A stretch of DNA of 28,077 nucleotides from a virus. The stretch lies in the UHGV virus genome UHGV-0119843. One strand, written 5' to 3'. How positions within the stretch are numbered: position 1 is the stretch's first letter; every line of letters starts with the position of its first letter. Shown here in pieces: positions 21,011 through 28,077 of this stretch. The notes beneath the pieces were generated by a model. It ran no database searches and was not told the origin of the DNA. It saw only the letters and a list, made by a program, of their open reading frames with translations. Made by a program: the position numbers and the translations under genes.

Positions 21011-21553
21011 TTAATTAGTGAGTCCGGGGATTACGGTTTGCCCGTGCTGTTCAAGGCGTTCAATTCTCGCCAGTAGCTGAGGCTTCTTAATTTTTCCCCA
21101 GCGATTAAGCAGGCGACCTGACATGCTGGCAACATCCTTCTCTTTCATGTACTCCAGCATTACGGCATTTCTCTCTTCTTCAAATTGACGATGACCAACC
21201 TGAAGCATGGCGTACATCCAGTTAAATGCGTTGATGTAAGCAATTTTGATACGCATTGCTTCTTTTTTGGTGTAGGACATAACCAAAAGCATCAACCCAT
21301 CCTTGCGGAGACGGTAGAATTTTTGCGGCTTACCATTCTGTAACTCATTGTTTTTATAGCAAAGCTCAAAGTTGAGCTTTGTATCAAACTCAGGAGGGCA
21401 AGCTTCTATGGTTCGTTCAATGTCACGAACCACGTTCTTCGGCAGCTTTCCAAATGCTTTTGCCACCATAAAAGAATCTGTAACCGGATCGTTGTTTGCT
21501 ACAAAAATTAGGTCTCTGAAATCTATATCGTTAACAACGGTTGGGTAGTTCAT
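21011..21553 (-). CDS. rha: Rha-family phage regulatory protein
   Basis: 180-aa ORF in the rha position between lysis genes and terminase; N-terminal region ...VAKAFGKLPKNVVRDIE... resembles Rha N-terminal domain. Confidence 0.7.
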   Translation of the reverse strand: MNYPTVVNDIDFRDLIFVANNDPVTDSFMVAKAFGKLPKNVVRDIERTIEACPPEFDTKLNFELCYKNNELQNGKPQKFYRLRKDGLMLLVMSYTKKEAMRIKIAYINAFNWMYAMLQVGHRQFEEERNAVMLEYMKEKDVASMSGRLLNRWGKIKKPQLLARIERLEQHGQTVIPGLTN

Positions 21554-21700
21554 TGCGTCTTTACCTTTTAGAAAGATGAGCCTGTTCGCACAGAAAAGCC
21601 GTCCCCGAGATGGTCGCCACCATATACGGCAATTCTCAGGCTCAGCTTTCTGAAAGACTCGGGATTGTTACGCGCTGCGATGCGCGGTTTACTGCAGATG

Positions 21701-21725
21701 TAAAAAAGCCCCGCAAATGCGAGGC
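21701..21725 (-). terminator. Intrinsic terminator in the Rz-rha spacer
   Basis: Minus-strand hairpin GCCUCGC-AUUU-GCGGGGC (one G-U pair) followed by UUUUUU; ~175 nt downstream of Rz stop. Confidence 0.5.
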
Positions 21726-21899
21726 TAAATCCTGGTATTTGTAATGACTGGCTCTTATCTCAACGCAGCCCCTTACCGCGCGCAAGATGCTCAATATCAA
21801 GCATCAGCAATGAGATATTTAATCTGCATTCACTCCAGAAGTGATCACCACCCTGTCTACAGAGCCAGATGTGAAGGATGATGAGTAAAATTATCGCTA

Positions 21900-22361
21900 T
21901 CATCGAAGGCATTGCGTCCTGATGTATTCCTGCAGGTAGTTAACCTGCGCGGTTATCCTGTCGATTCCACTTCGGAGACGGTAATAATTGAGTTCAGCAT
22001 CTGCTGTAAGTCCTGGGCTTTCTCCATCGCCCATGCTGCTGGCTCCGGTCGTTGACTTTGCACAGGTGGCGGCGACTTGCAGGCGCTTACGCCCAGCAGA
22101 AACATCAGCACGGAGGCTTTCGATAGTCGCGTTAGCATCAGCAAGCTCCTTTGTGTATCTGGCGTCGAGTTCTGCTACATCACGTTGACGCTTCTGCATA
22201 TCAGAGATCGTCGCCATAGCCGAATCTAATGCCATAGCGTTTTCGTCGCGCTGTTTTTTGTATTCAATGGCTTTATTGTGGTAATGATTAGCTGACCAGA
22301 CAAGACCACCAGCGACACAAGCAATAAACGTTAAAATGAGCGCCCAATAACTCATCTTCAT
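21900..22361 (-). CDS. i-spanin Rz
   Basis: 153 aa (same as lambda Rz); N-terminal TM helix, ...NHYH.KAI.YK.QRDENA...ATI.DMQ.RQRDVAELDA.YTKELADA... matches lambda Rz; start overlaps endolysin stop (ATGA). Confidence 0.9.
   Translation of the reverse strand: MKMSYWALILTFIACVAGGLVWSANHYHNKAIEYKKQRDENAMALDSAMATISDMQKRQRDVAELDARYTKELADANATIESLRADVSAGRKRLQVAATCAKSTTGASSMGDGESPGLTADAELNYYRLRSGIDRITAQVNYLQEYIRTQCLR
21953..22138 (-). CDS. o-spanin Rz1 (embedded in Rz, +1 frame)
   Basis: ATG 22138 with AAGGAG 7 nt upstream; lipobox-like LLGVSAC followed by Pro-rich KSPPPVQSQRPEP, as in lambda Rz1. Confidence 0.7.
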   Translation of the reverse strand: MLTRLSKASVLMFLLGVSACKSPPPVQSQRPEPAAWAMEKAQDLQQMLNSIITVSEVESTG

Positions 22362-22972
22362 ACCAGCAGCGCCGCCCGCGCCTTGTTGTATCGGACCTTA
22401 CGATCCTCAATACCGTTCAAACCGCCGTTAATGATGCGCGTAACACGGTTAATATCGGCACCGTAGATCATGCAACCTTTAGAGGTGTAGAACCATGCAG
22501 CTGAGCGCGCAGCCTGTAGTTCCTGTTCCAGTTGTTCAGGTGAAGTCACCAGATCTAACTTCAGCGCCGCGCCACAGATGCGATAATTATGGAGGCCAGT
22601 GATTTGAATTAATCCTCTACCACGATATTTCCAGCCATCACCTGGTGCTTTGTTACCCAGTCGGTTGCTATACACCAGATTGGCAATAGCATCCTGACGA
22701 GCTGCATGTCCGGATGTTCTGCCAAGGGCATCAGCCTGCTGCTGTGTGATCCTCTTTCCGAACGTCGCCACAAGCGCAGATGGTGTGTAGTTAAGATTTT
22801 CAACTACGGCGCTAAACCCCATCGACTCATGGCCTACCTGAGCGATAAACATTGCCTGATCCGCTGGTGCTGTAATGCCGAATTCCTTCATCGCCGCATC
22901 AATGTGCGGAAACCAGCGCGCAGCCAGCCCGGCGCTAATACCAGCCGCCTTTTGAAATAATTGTTGGTTCAT
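22358..22972 (-). CDS. Endolysin, glycoside hydrolase family 19-like (chitinase-type lysozyme)
   Basis: 204-aa ORF between membrane proteins and Rz; motifs ...FIAQVGHESMGF...NRLGN...GDGWKYRGRGLIQITG..NY... typical of GH19-type phage endolysins. Confidence 0.8.
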   Translation of the reverse strand: MNQQLFQKAAGISAGLAARWFPHIDAAMKEFGITAPADQAMFIAQVGHESMGFSAVVENLNYTPSALVATFGKRITQQQADALGRTSGHAARQDAIANLVYSNRLGNKAPGDGWKYRGRGLIQITGLHNYRICGAALKLDLVTSPEQLEQELQAARSAAWFYTSKGCMIYGADINRVTRIINGGLNGIEDRKVRYNKARAALLV

Positions 22973-23253
22973 TAGTGCCTCAGATGATCAACCAGACGTG
23001 CAACGTTGCCTCTGACAGCCACCAGCACGGAAAGAAAAATAGTGTTCGCCACGATAATGGGCCATGAGGAATGGGGATAAATCCCACAGAGATAGGCCAA
23101 CGGAACAGCACTGTATGTAACAGTAATCAGCCAGGCTAAACGTGAAACCCAAGGACGATGCCGCGAATCACCACGACGATAAAACATCAGAGTAATAACA
23201 ACACAAGCACATAACAGCGCATTTATAGTTGCTGTCGGGTCATTTAGCTCCAC
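22972..23253 (-). CDS. Small membrane protein, putative holin/antiholin partner
   Basis: 93-aa ORF with 2-3 predicted TM segments; GTG start preceded by GGGGAGG inside the 3' end of the upstream membrane-protein gene; stop overlaps endolysin start. Confidence 0.5.
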   Translation of the reverse strand: MELNDPTATINALLCACVVITLMFYRRGDSRHRPWVSRLAWLITVTYSAVPLAYLCGIYPHSSWPIIVANTIFLSVLVAVRGNVARLVDHLRH

Positions 23254-23626
23254 CTGAACCTCCCCGGCGCGTTATGAGCGCCACCAGGGAGCCGATATCC
23301 TGATTATTCAGGAACGTCAGGATTTTAACGGCTAAAGCAGAGACGATTACGGCACCAATAGCATCCAGAGGTTTATCACTGTATCCGGTCAAGTTCGCCA
23401 GCTTGGAGCCAACCAACCCAGAGCAAAGAATCCCGGCAATATATGACACGATAAAATATGCCAGTCGGCGCGATGCACTCAGATCTGCAGCTGTTGCTAT
23501 GTAGAATACAGCCCCTGCAAATGCGCCAAATACAACGCCGTAATCAGTTCCGGTCAGCAGTCCATAAACACTGGCACCCGTCAGGGCACCACCAGCCAGC
23601 CCAGTACCGGAAATCGGATCGGACAT
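23240..23626 (-). CDS. Putative holin (multi-TM small membrane protein, first gene of lysis cassette)
   Basis: 128-aa Gly/Ala-rich hydrophobic protein with several TM segments and charged C-terminus; GAGGGGG SD before ATG 23626. Confidence 0.55.
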   Translation of the reverse strand: MSDPISGTGLAGGALTGASVYGLLTGTDYGVVFGAFAGAVFYIATAADLSASRRLAYFIVSYIAGILCSGLVGSKLANLTGYSDKPLDAIGAVIVSALAVKILTFLNNQDIGSLVALITRRGGSGGAK

Positions 23627-23670
23627 TTAGCCCCCTCTTAATTGCTGTTGGTCCTCTCAGAACGAGGGGA

Positions 23671-23699
23671 AACAAAAAAGGCCGCATTAAGGCGGCCTT
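23671..23699 (-). terminator. Rho-independent terminator between moron ORF and lysis cassette
   Basis: Minus-strand hairpin AAGGCCGC-CUUAAU-GCGGCCUU followed by UUUUUUGUU (plus A-run 23671-23679). Confidence 0.65.
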
Positions 23700-23716
23700 G
23701 GTAAGGTATAGTTTTT

Positions 23717-24313
23717 TTAAGATAAACTTTGATTGATATACTCATGACACCCAAAAATAAAGGCGTTTTGTGCATCAATAAATGACTTTTTTTCTTCCGG
23801 AGTAAAATACCCTTTTGTAAAACATACTTTTAGCGCTTTTTGAAGATCTGCCGTCAGGGTTATCAACTTACAACCTTCCTCATCAGGCCTTATTAATAGA
23901 AGTAATTTATTTTTACTTATTTCAGCGGCCTTTATTGGAACTTGAATCTCCTCAGGGAAAACACCCTTAGCCAATATATCCATATTCTTATTTCCGACCA
24001 GATGCCATTGCTCAAATGTGCTGGCCAACATAATTACGTCTGTCACATGCTCAGCGCCAGCAAAACGTATTTGTTGCGCCAATTCTTTATTAGTATTCAA
24101 GTGAGCCTGTAATGTGGCTAAGGCAAAATTTTCTTTGATTGCCCTGTATGCAACCCAACCAGTTATTCCTGCGGCAATAACGCCTGCAAGAGCAGTAATG
24201 AGTGTTTCAAAAGGAAAGGAAGAACTGATTTCAATTGGCGGTAATTTTTCTATTACCAAGGTCAACTCGCCAGTAGTTTTTTCGAAAGCGTACGGTACGT
24301 TTTGCCAAGTCAT
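23717..24313 (-). CDS. Hypothetical membrane-anchored protein (AT-rich moron between Q-like gene and lysis cassette)
   Basis: 198-aa ORF, AGGAGG 4 nt upstream of ATG 24313, one predicted TM helix (LITALAGVIAAGITGWVAY); AT-rich; no recognisable catalytic motif. Confidence 0.6.
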   Translation of the reverse strand: MTWQNVPYAFEKTTGELTLVIEKLPPIEISSSFPFETLITALAGVIAAGITGWVAYRAIKENFALATLQAHLNTNKELAQQIRFAGAEHVTDVIMLASTFEQWHLVGNKNMDILAKGVFPEEIQVPIKAAEISKNKLLLLIRPDEEGCKLITLTADLQKALKVCFTKGYFTPEEKKSFIDAQNAFIFGCHEYINQSLS

Positions 24314-24343
24314 GAAGCCTCCTGAGTTTCAGAGGAATCATAA

Positions 24344-24368
24344 CAAAAAAACCCGCTCAATGGCGGGG
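24344..24368 (-). terminator. Intrinsic terminator just downstream of Q-like gene (tR'-like)
   Basis: Minus-strand 5-bp GC stem CCCGC-CAUUGA-GCGGG followed by UUUUUUU (plus A-run 24345-24351); short stem, moderate confidence. Confidence 0.45.
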
Positions 24369-24419
24369 TCTTAATGTTGTGTTGCTCAGTTCGCTTTAAC
24401 GTCCCGAGCCTACCACAAT

Positions 24420-24998
24420 TTAAGCACTTTCTTGCTCACTCTGCAACTTAAATCTGTCGCTATTTGTGCCGAATGCGTCACAAACTGGAGCGTACAGGAT
24501 CGATTCTGCAAGACTTAGCCAAGTGTCAATGCGTCGACGACAGGTGATCAGCGGCCAGTCAGGATGTTTAGCCTGCAGTTCATTGGCCATCTGCAACTTG
24601 CTCTTACGAAGACGATACCGGTCAACAATCACGCTATAGAGCGATCGGTAGTCATCATTCATCAGTACTGAAGCAATGACACCGTCCACTAACAACCCTT
24701 CTTCATCTGAACAGAACGCCAGGCCGCTTTTATTTTTGCTGTTGAGAATTTCACGCAGGTACGCTTCAAGTTCAGGCTTGGTGATACCCGCTATCTTCAT
24801 CCGGCGTAGCGCTTCATTGATAGCTGTCTTGGTGATTTTCCCGGATGCCAGAAGCTGGTTAAACATGTTTCCACCACTACCACCGCCGATATAAGACCAG
24901 CGGCCCCACATGCGCAACTTGCCTTGTATCCAGATACTTTCCAGAGTACGAAGGCGAACCATTTCACCTGATTTGCCAACTTCAGAAGGATTAATCAT
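24420..24998 (-). CDS. Putative late-gene antiterminator (Q-like, by position)
   Basis: 192-aa ORF immediately upstream of a terminator and the lysis cassette and downstream of a DUF968-like gene (as quuQ/ydfU in E. coli Qin); no sequence motif confirmed. Confidence 0.4.
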   Translation of the reverse strand: MINPSEVGKSGEMVRLRTLESIWIQGKLRMWGRWSYIGGGSGGNMFNQLLASGKITKTAINEALRRMKIAGITKPELEAYLREILNSKNKSGLAFCSDEEGLLVDGVIASVLMNDDYRSLYSVIVDRYRLRKSKLQMANELQAKHPDWPLITCRRRIDTWLSLAESILYAPVCDAFGTNSDRFKLQSEQESA

Positions 24999-25012
24999 TT
25001 AGCATTCTCCAC

Positions 25013-26008
25013 TTACGCCAGTACGCCTATTGCCAGCGCACGATCGATAAAACGAAATATCAGCTCCAGCTGGGAGCCATACTTCTCTTCAAATGCCACG
25101 GTATCCGCATGCAGCTCGTCGTGATGCTTTCTGCACAAAGGCAACACAAAGAGGTCATGCGCTTTTGTACCCATTCCACCCTGACCGTGGCCTATCAGGT
25201 GGTGGGGATCATCAGCAGGCTTTCCACAACATGCACACGGCTGTGTCTTAACCCAGCGCGTGTACTTTTCATTAACCCAGCGGCGACGTTTCGGGCGTAA
25301 CATAAAAGACTCCGGCGACTCCGGATCCACTTTCAGCGCCAGCACCTTTTTCGCTTTATCCTGGATGATGCTGGTGGCAGGAACCAAAGGCACAAGGTCA
25401 CTTTCCCGGGTGACAGACGGCACAACAGGCTTCGGTAATCTCAGAGCCTTACGGGCTGCACTTTCCGGTAAGGCATCCGCCAGGTCATTACGAACCAGCC
25501 ACCAGCACAGTTCCGGCATTGTCATAACGTGACTATCATCAAAACCGAGATCCCGACGCACGACAGACAACACCCAGCGAGCACAGTTATCCGTTGCCAT
25601 TGATTCCAGCCGTTCCGTGAACTGATCGCGCAGCTGGTTATCGCAGTGCCAGCACAGACGGATTGCGCCCGGAGCGTGTCGCATTGTGGTCATGTTCTCG
25701 CTGTGCCAGTCGGAATGAGGCCACTGGCAGCCTTTTTCACGAAGTAACCAGCTTTCAAGACATTCCACGCCACCAGCACGACGGATCACTGCCTCATTGC
25801 GGAACACGGCCCGAACGGCAGGATCATCCGCCAGCGGTTGTGATGCAGCCGGAACGGCACCACTGGCGAAAGATGAATAACGTTCCGGCTCAGGCTCCAG
25901 CAGGACACGCCCCTGCATAAACAGTGGCATCAGCTCTGAACCTGGCCTGAACAATACGATCCCCATACGCGGGGCAATTTCAGGGGTCAGTAGTGCTCTC
26001 ACGGTCAC
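25013..26008 (-). CDS. DUF968 (YdfU-like) protein with C-terminal Cys/His cluster (HNH-like)
   Basis: 331-aa ORF; C-terminal CACCGK...DPHHLIGHGQGG...PLCRKHH.ELH motif; nin-region location; start codon (GTG 26008 versus internal ATG) uncertain. Confidence 0.65.
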   Translation of the reverse strand: MTVRALLTPEIAPRMGIVLFRPGSELMPLFMQGRVLLEPEPERYSSFASGAVPAASQPLADDPAVRAVFRNEAVIRRAGGVECLESWLLREKGCQWPHSDWHSENMTTMRHAPGAIRLCWHCDNQLRDQFTERLESMATDNCARWVLSVVRRDLGFDDSHVMTMPELCWWLVRNDLADALPESAARKALRLPKPVVPSVTRESDLVPLVPATSIIQDKAKKVLALKVDPESPESFMLRPKRRRWVNEKYTRWVKTQPCACCGKPADDPHHLIGHGQGGMGTKAHDLFVLPLCRKHHDELHADTVAFEEKYGSQLELIFRFIDRALAIGVLA

Positions 26009-26009
26009 C

Positions 26010-26819
26010 TCAATGAACGGTATCGAGCAGCTTTAACAGCTCAGGGAATCGGGATTCGAAGAAATGCGGCTGCGTCTCGCGCGGATTTGCGGGACTGGTG
26101 ATGTTCTTGCCGAACATGCAGCCTTTCGCCGTCAGCGACCAGAATTTTTTGATGTTGTTAATCGCAGTGCGGCTGTATCGTTCACGTTGTTCAACGATCC
26201 CCAGCTTCGCCATCTGGTGATATGCCTGATTAGCTGTCAGGCGGATACCATACTGCTTCAGCAGTGCACTCAATGATAGCTTGGGGCGGCTTGAGCCATC
26301 AGGCGCGTCAGCAGGAGCATCAATGGCATAGCGCGGTGCCAGATTCGGTAAGCCAACAGCCTCCTGGAGTTTCTGACAGGCACCAAGCACTGAAGAGTTA
26401 GACAGGTTTAACTCCCGGCGCATAAAGTCCAGCAGGATCACGCCAGCCTGCATCTTGTCAGCAGCCTGTCCGGATAATTTTTCCGGTGCGCTGGTTACCA
26501 TATCGAAAGTACGGATCACCTTCAGATGGAATGACGGGCTGATCCACATTGCATAGGCATACACCAGTTCCTTGCAGACATACGTTCCCCGTTCATTTCC
26601 CCCATGAATCACACTCACCGGGTCAACACCCAAATTCTGGGTGTTGGTCAATTCATGAACAAGCTCAACAGTTTGTTGGCTGGAAAGAAACTTTCCCGGC
26701 TCCTTGGTTCTGGCATTTGCACCAGATGCTACTGCTGCGCGATGCAGATCGTTCAGGCTGTAACGCCCATAAGCATCACGACGAACTTCAATACCATCAA
26801 TGACCATCAGATTATTCAT
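26010..26819 (-). CDS. KilA-N domain protein (antirepressor-like)
   Basis: 269-aa ORF; N-terminal VIDGIEVRRDAYGRYSLNDLHRAA...PGKFL resembles KilA-N/APSES DNA-binding domain. Confidence 0.65.
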   Translation of the reverse strand: MNNLMVIDGIEVRRDAYGRYSLNDLHRAAVASGANARTKEPGKFLSSQQTVELVHELTNTQNLGVDPVSVIHGGNERGTYVCKELVYAYAMWISPSFHLKVIRTFDMVTSAPEKLSGQAADKMQAGVILLDFMRRELNLSNSSVLGACQKLQEAVGLPNLAPRYAIDAPADAPDGSSRPKLSLSALLKQYGIRLTANQAYHQMAKLGIVEQRERYSRTAINNIKKFWSLTAKGCMFGKNITSPANPRETQPHFFESRFPELLKLLDTVH

Positions 26820-26838
26820 ACTTCGTTTCTCCTCTTAA

Positions 26839-27228
26839 TCAGGCGGCTGCACCCGCCGGTTTCTCATACTTACTGATAGTGATCTCGACCTTCCCTTTCG
26901 GGATAACCGGTCCCCACTCAACCAGCATTCTTTTCACCTGACTGTCGTCCTCCCACACACCCGCGTGGGTCAGGGCGTCAAACAGCGCCTTGTTATAGTT
27001 GTCCAGATCGCGGATCCGGTTATCCGGTGGAAACAACACGATCTCCACTGAAGCAGGTGCCGACGTTGGTTTTGGCAGACGACGTAACTGCTCAACTATT
27101 GCTGCACACGCCGCGCTCTGGAATTTTCGCCCCGCCGCGCTTATCAGGCTCTTACCTGCAAACGCCCCTTTGTTGGGGTGTCGCCAGTACGTGTTCACGC
27201 TGGGCGGAAAAGGCAGGATCAGCTTCAT
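26839..27228 (-). CDS. rusA: Holliday junction resolvase RusA
   Basis: 129-aa ORF; ...LPFPPSVNTYWRH...RDLDNYNKALFDALTHAGVWEDDSQV... matches RusA conserved motifs (DLDN, FDAL); start overlaps upstream stop (ATGA). Confidence 0.9.
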   Translation of the reverse strand: MKLILPFPPSVNTYWRHPNKGAFAGKSLISAAGRKFQSAACAAIVEQLRRLPKPTSAPASVEIVLFPPDNRIRDLDNYNKALFDALTHAGVWEDDSQVKRMLVEWGPVIPKGKVEITISKYEKPAGAAA

Positions 27229-27551
27229 GCTTTCAGGCCTCTCTCATGTAACCAGTGGGTTGCACGCAGCCTTGCGTTTTCCTCACCGGCAAGCAGTGAG
27301 CGGATAATCCCGACCGCCTCGCTGTCGTCGTCCTTCACCGCGGTATGAAGCGTTATCCCCCGGGCCACGCCACGCTTTATCGTGATGACGCCTTTTTTCT
27401 CCAGTGCGCGAAGATGCTCCACCGCTGCATTCACCGAACGGTATCCCAGCATGGTTGCCACCTCCTGATTGGTTGGCGGGAAGCCACGTTCTTTCTGATA
27501 AGAAATCAGCATATCCAGCACCTGCTGCTGGCATTGAGTTAACGTCGTCAT
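27225..27551 (-). CDS. LexA N-terminal DNA-binding-domain-like protein lacking peptidase domain
   Basis: 108 aa; MTTLTQCQQQVLDMLISYQKERGFPPTNQEVATMLGYRSVNAAVEHLRALEKKGVI.I..G.ARGI.L aligns by eye with the LexA winged-helix N-terminus (MKALTARQQEVFDLI...[46 protein letters not shown]); no S24 Ser/Lys motifs. Confidence 0.7.
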   Translation of the reverse strand: MTTLTQCQQQVLDMLISYQKERGFPPTNQEVATMLGYRSVNAAVEHLRALEKKGVITIKRGVARGITLHTAVKDDDSEAVGIIRSLLAGEENARLRATHWLHERGLKA

Positions 27552-27895
27552 GCCGCCATCTCCCTGACCAGTTTTTCTGCCTGCTGGCGAACCTGCGCCA
27601 GAAACGCCTCACCACATGCCTCAAGTTCATCGCGCCCGATGTAGCTGATTGCCGGTCCCTTCCAGGTCTTGTCGAAAACAGCAATAGCACCAGCGAAGAA
27701 AGCGCCTGTCGGCACCTGCTTCTCGTCCTTCGGGATAAACCAGGCAGGCAGTTCAAAACCAATACGCCCGCGAATAAAAGCAATATGATCTGCATCTTCC
27801 GGCCACCACACTTCGCTGGTGGCAGCTTTGATCAGGAAAACATAGCGTCCGCCCTTATCACGCATGGCACTGGCATGCTTCATGATGTAACGCAT
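27548..27895 (-). CDS. nin-region hypothetical protein
   Basis: Downstream part of ORF-track ORF 27548..28069; start set at ATG 27895 (GAAGGG upstream); N-terminal part of the track ORF is better explained by an overlapping methyltransferase gene in another frame; start uncertain. Confidence 0.45.
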   Translation of the reverse strand: MRYIMKHASAMRDKGGRYVFLIKAATSEVWWPEDADHIAFIRGRIGFELPAWFIPKDEKQVPTGAFFAGAIAVFDKTWKGPAISYIGRDELEACGEAFLAQVRQQAEKLVREMAA

Positions 27896-28076
27896 GCCGC
27901 CCTTCATGCTGACTGGCGCGGCTGTACGGGGGATTACCAAAGGCAGCACCTTTAAGCTCCGCAAGACGTTCAGACCAGTCATGCGCCAGCGCGTTGTCTT
28001 CCGCAGTGTAATAAGCGGCACATTTGGCGTTATCACCATCAGTGAACAGATCCAGAACAAATGGGCCAAACAGGGT
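27858..28076 (-). CDS. DNA methyltransferase, C-terminal fragment (gene start lies beyond the window edge)
   Basis: Own translation of the minus strand in the frame ending with TGA at 27860-27858 gives ...TLFGPFVLDLFTDGDNAKCAAYYTAEDNALAHDWSERLAELKGAAFGNPPYSRASQHEGRHALHHEACQCHA, containing an NPPY (motif IV-like) signature; not in the supplied ORF track because it is 5'-truncated. Confidence 0.4.
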   Translation of the reverse strand, partial: TLFGPFVLDLFTDGDNAKCAAYYTAEDNALAHDWSERLAELKGAAFGNPPYSRASQHEGRHALHHEACQCHA

Positions 28077-28077
28077 G

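Noticed and set aside
20831-21076. 81-aa plus-strand ORF and AAGGCAGGAGG motif in the rha-orf80 spacer
   Set aside because: The SD-like motif is not followed by a start codon at suitable spacing; the ORF overlaps the rha 3' end antisense and has no other support
27895-28069. N-terminal 58 residues of the ORF-track 173-aa ORF
   Set aside because: Trp/Arg/Pro-rich low-complexity translation; the same DNA encodes a methyltransferase-like C-terminus in another frame, so the true start of the downstream gene is probably internal
1-28077. Search for tRNA genes, CRISPR repeats, IS elements or attachment-site direct repeats
   Set aside because: No cloverleaf-compatible region, no regularly spaced repeats and no transposase-like ORF seen; prophage ends (att) are not identifiable within this window

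Overview
The window is almost entirely the late/right half of a P22-like temperate podovirus prophage (enterobacterial host), with the late operon on the minus strand. Reading from high to low coordinates: end of the nin region (partial DNA methyltransferase, small protein, LexA-N-domain-like protein, RusA, KilA-N protein, DUF968-like protein), a Q-like antiterminator, a terminator-flanked AT-rich moron, the lysis cassette (two small membrane proteins, GH19-type endolysin, Rz/Rz1), rha, an orf80-like gene, small and large terminase, portal, scaffold, coat, an extra ORF, gp4, gp10, an inserted HNH homing endonuclease, tail needle gp26, gp14, ejection proteins gp7/gp20/gp16, an AT-rich variable locus in the sieA position (small membrane coiled-coil ORF plus lipoprotein), the immI region (mnt, Mnt and Arc operators, arc, candidate sar RNA, ant), the tailspike, and a convergent AT-rich secreted SGNH/GDSL hydrolase gene. 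No rRNA, tRNA or CRISPR array was seen. Protein identifications rest on recalled similarity to P22, lambda and E. coli proteins and on motifs read from the translations; no database search was run. The best candidates for undescribed function are the cargo loci at 4761-5622 and 23717-24313, the inserted HNH gene and the GDSL hydrolase. Most small ORFs in the six-frame track that lie inside these genes are judged spurious.
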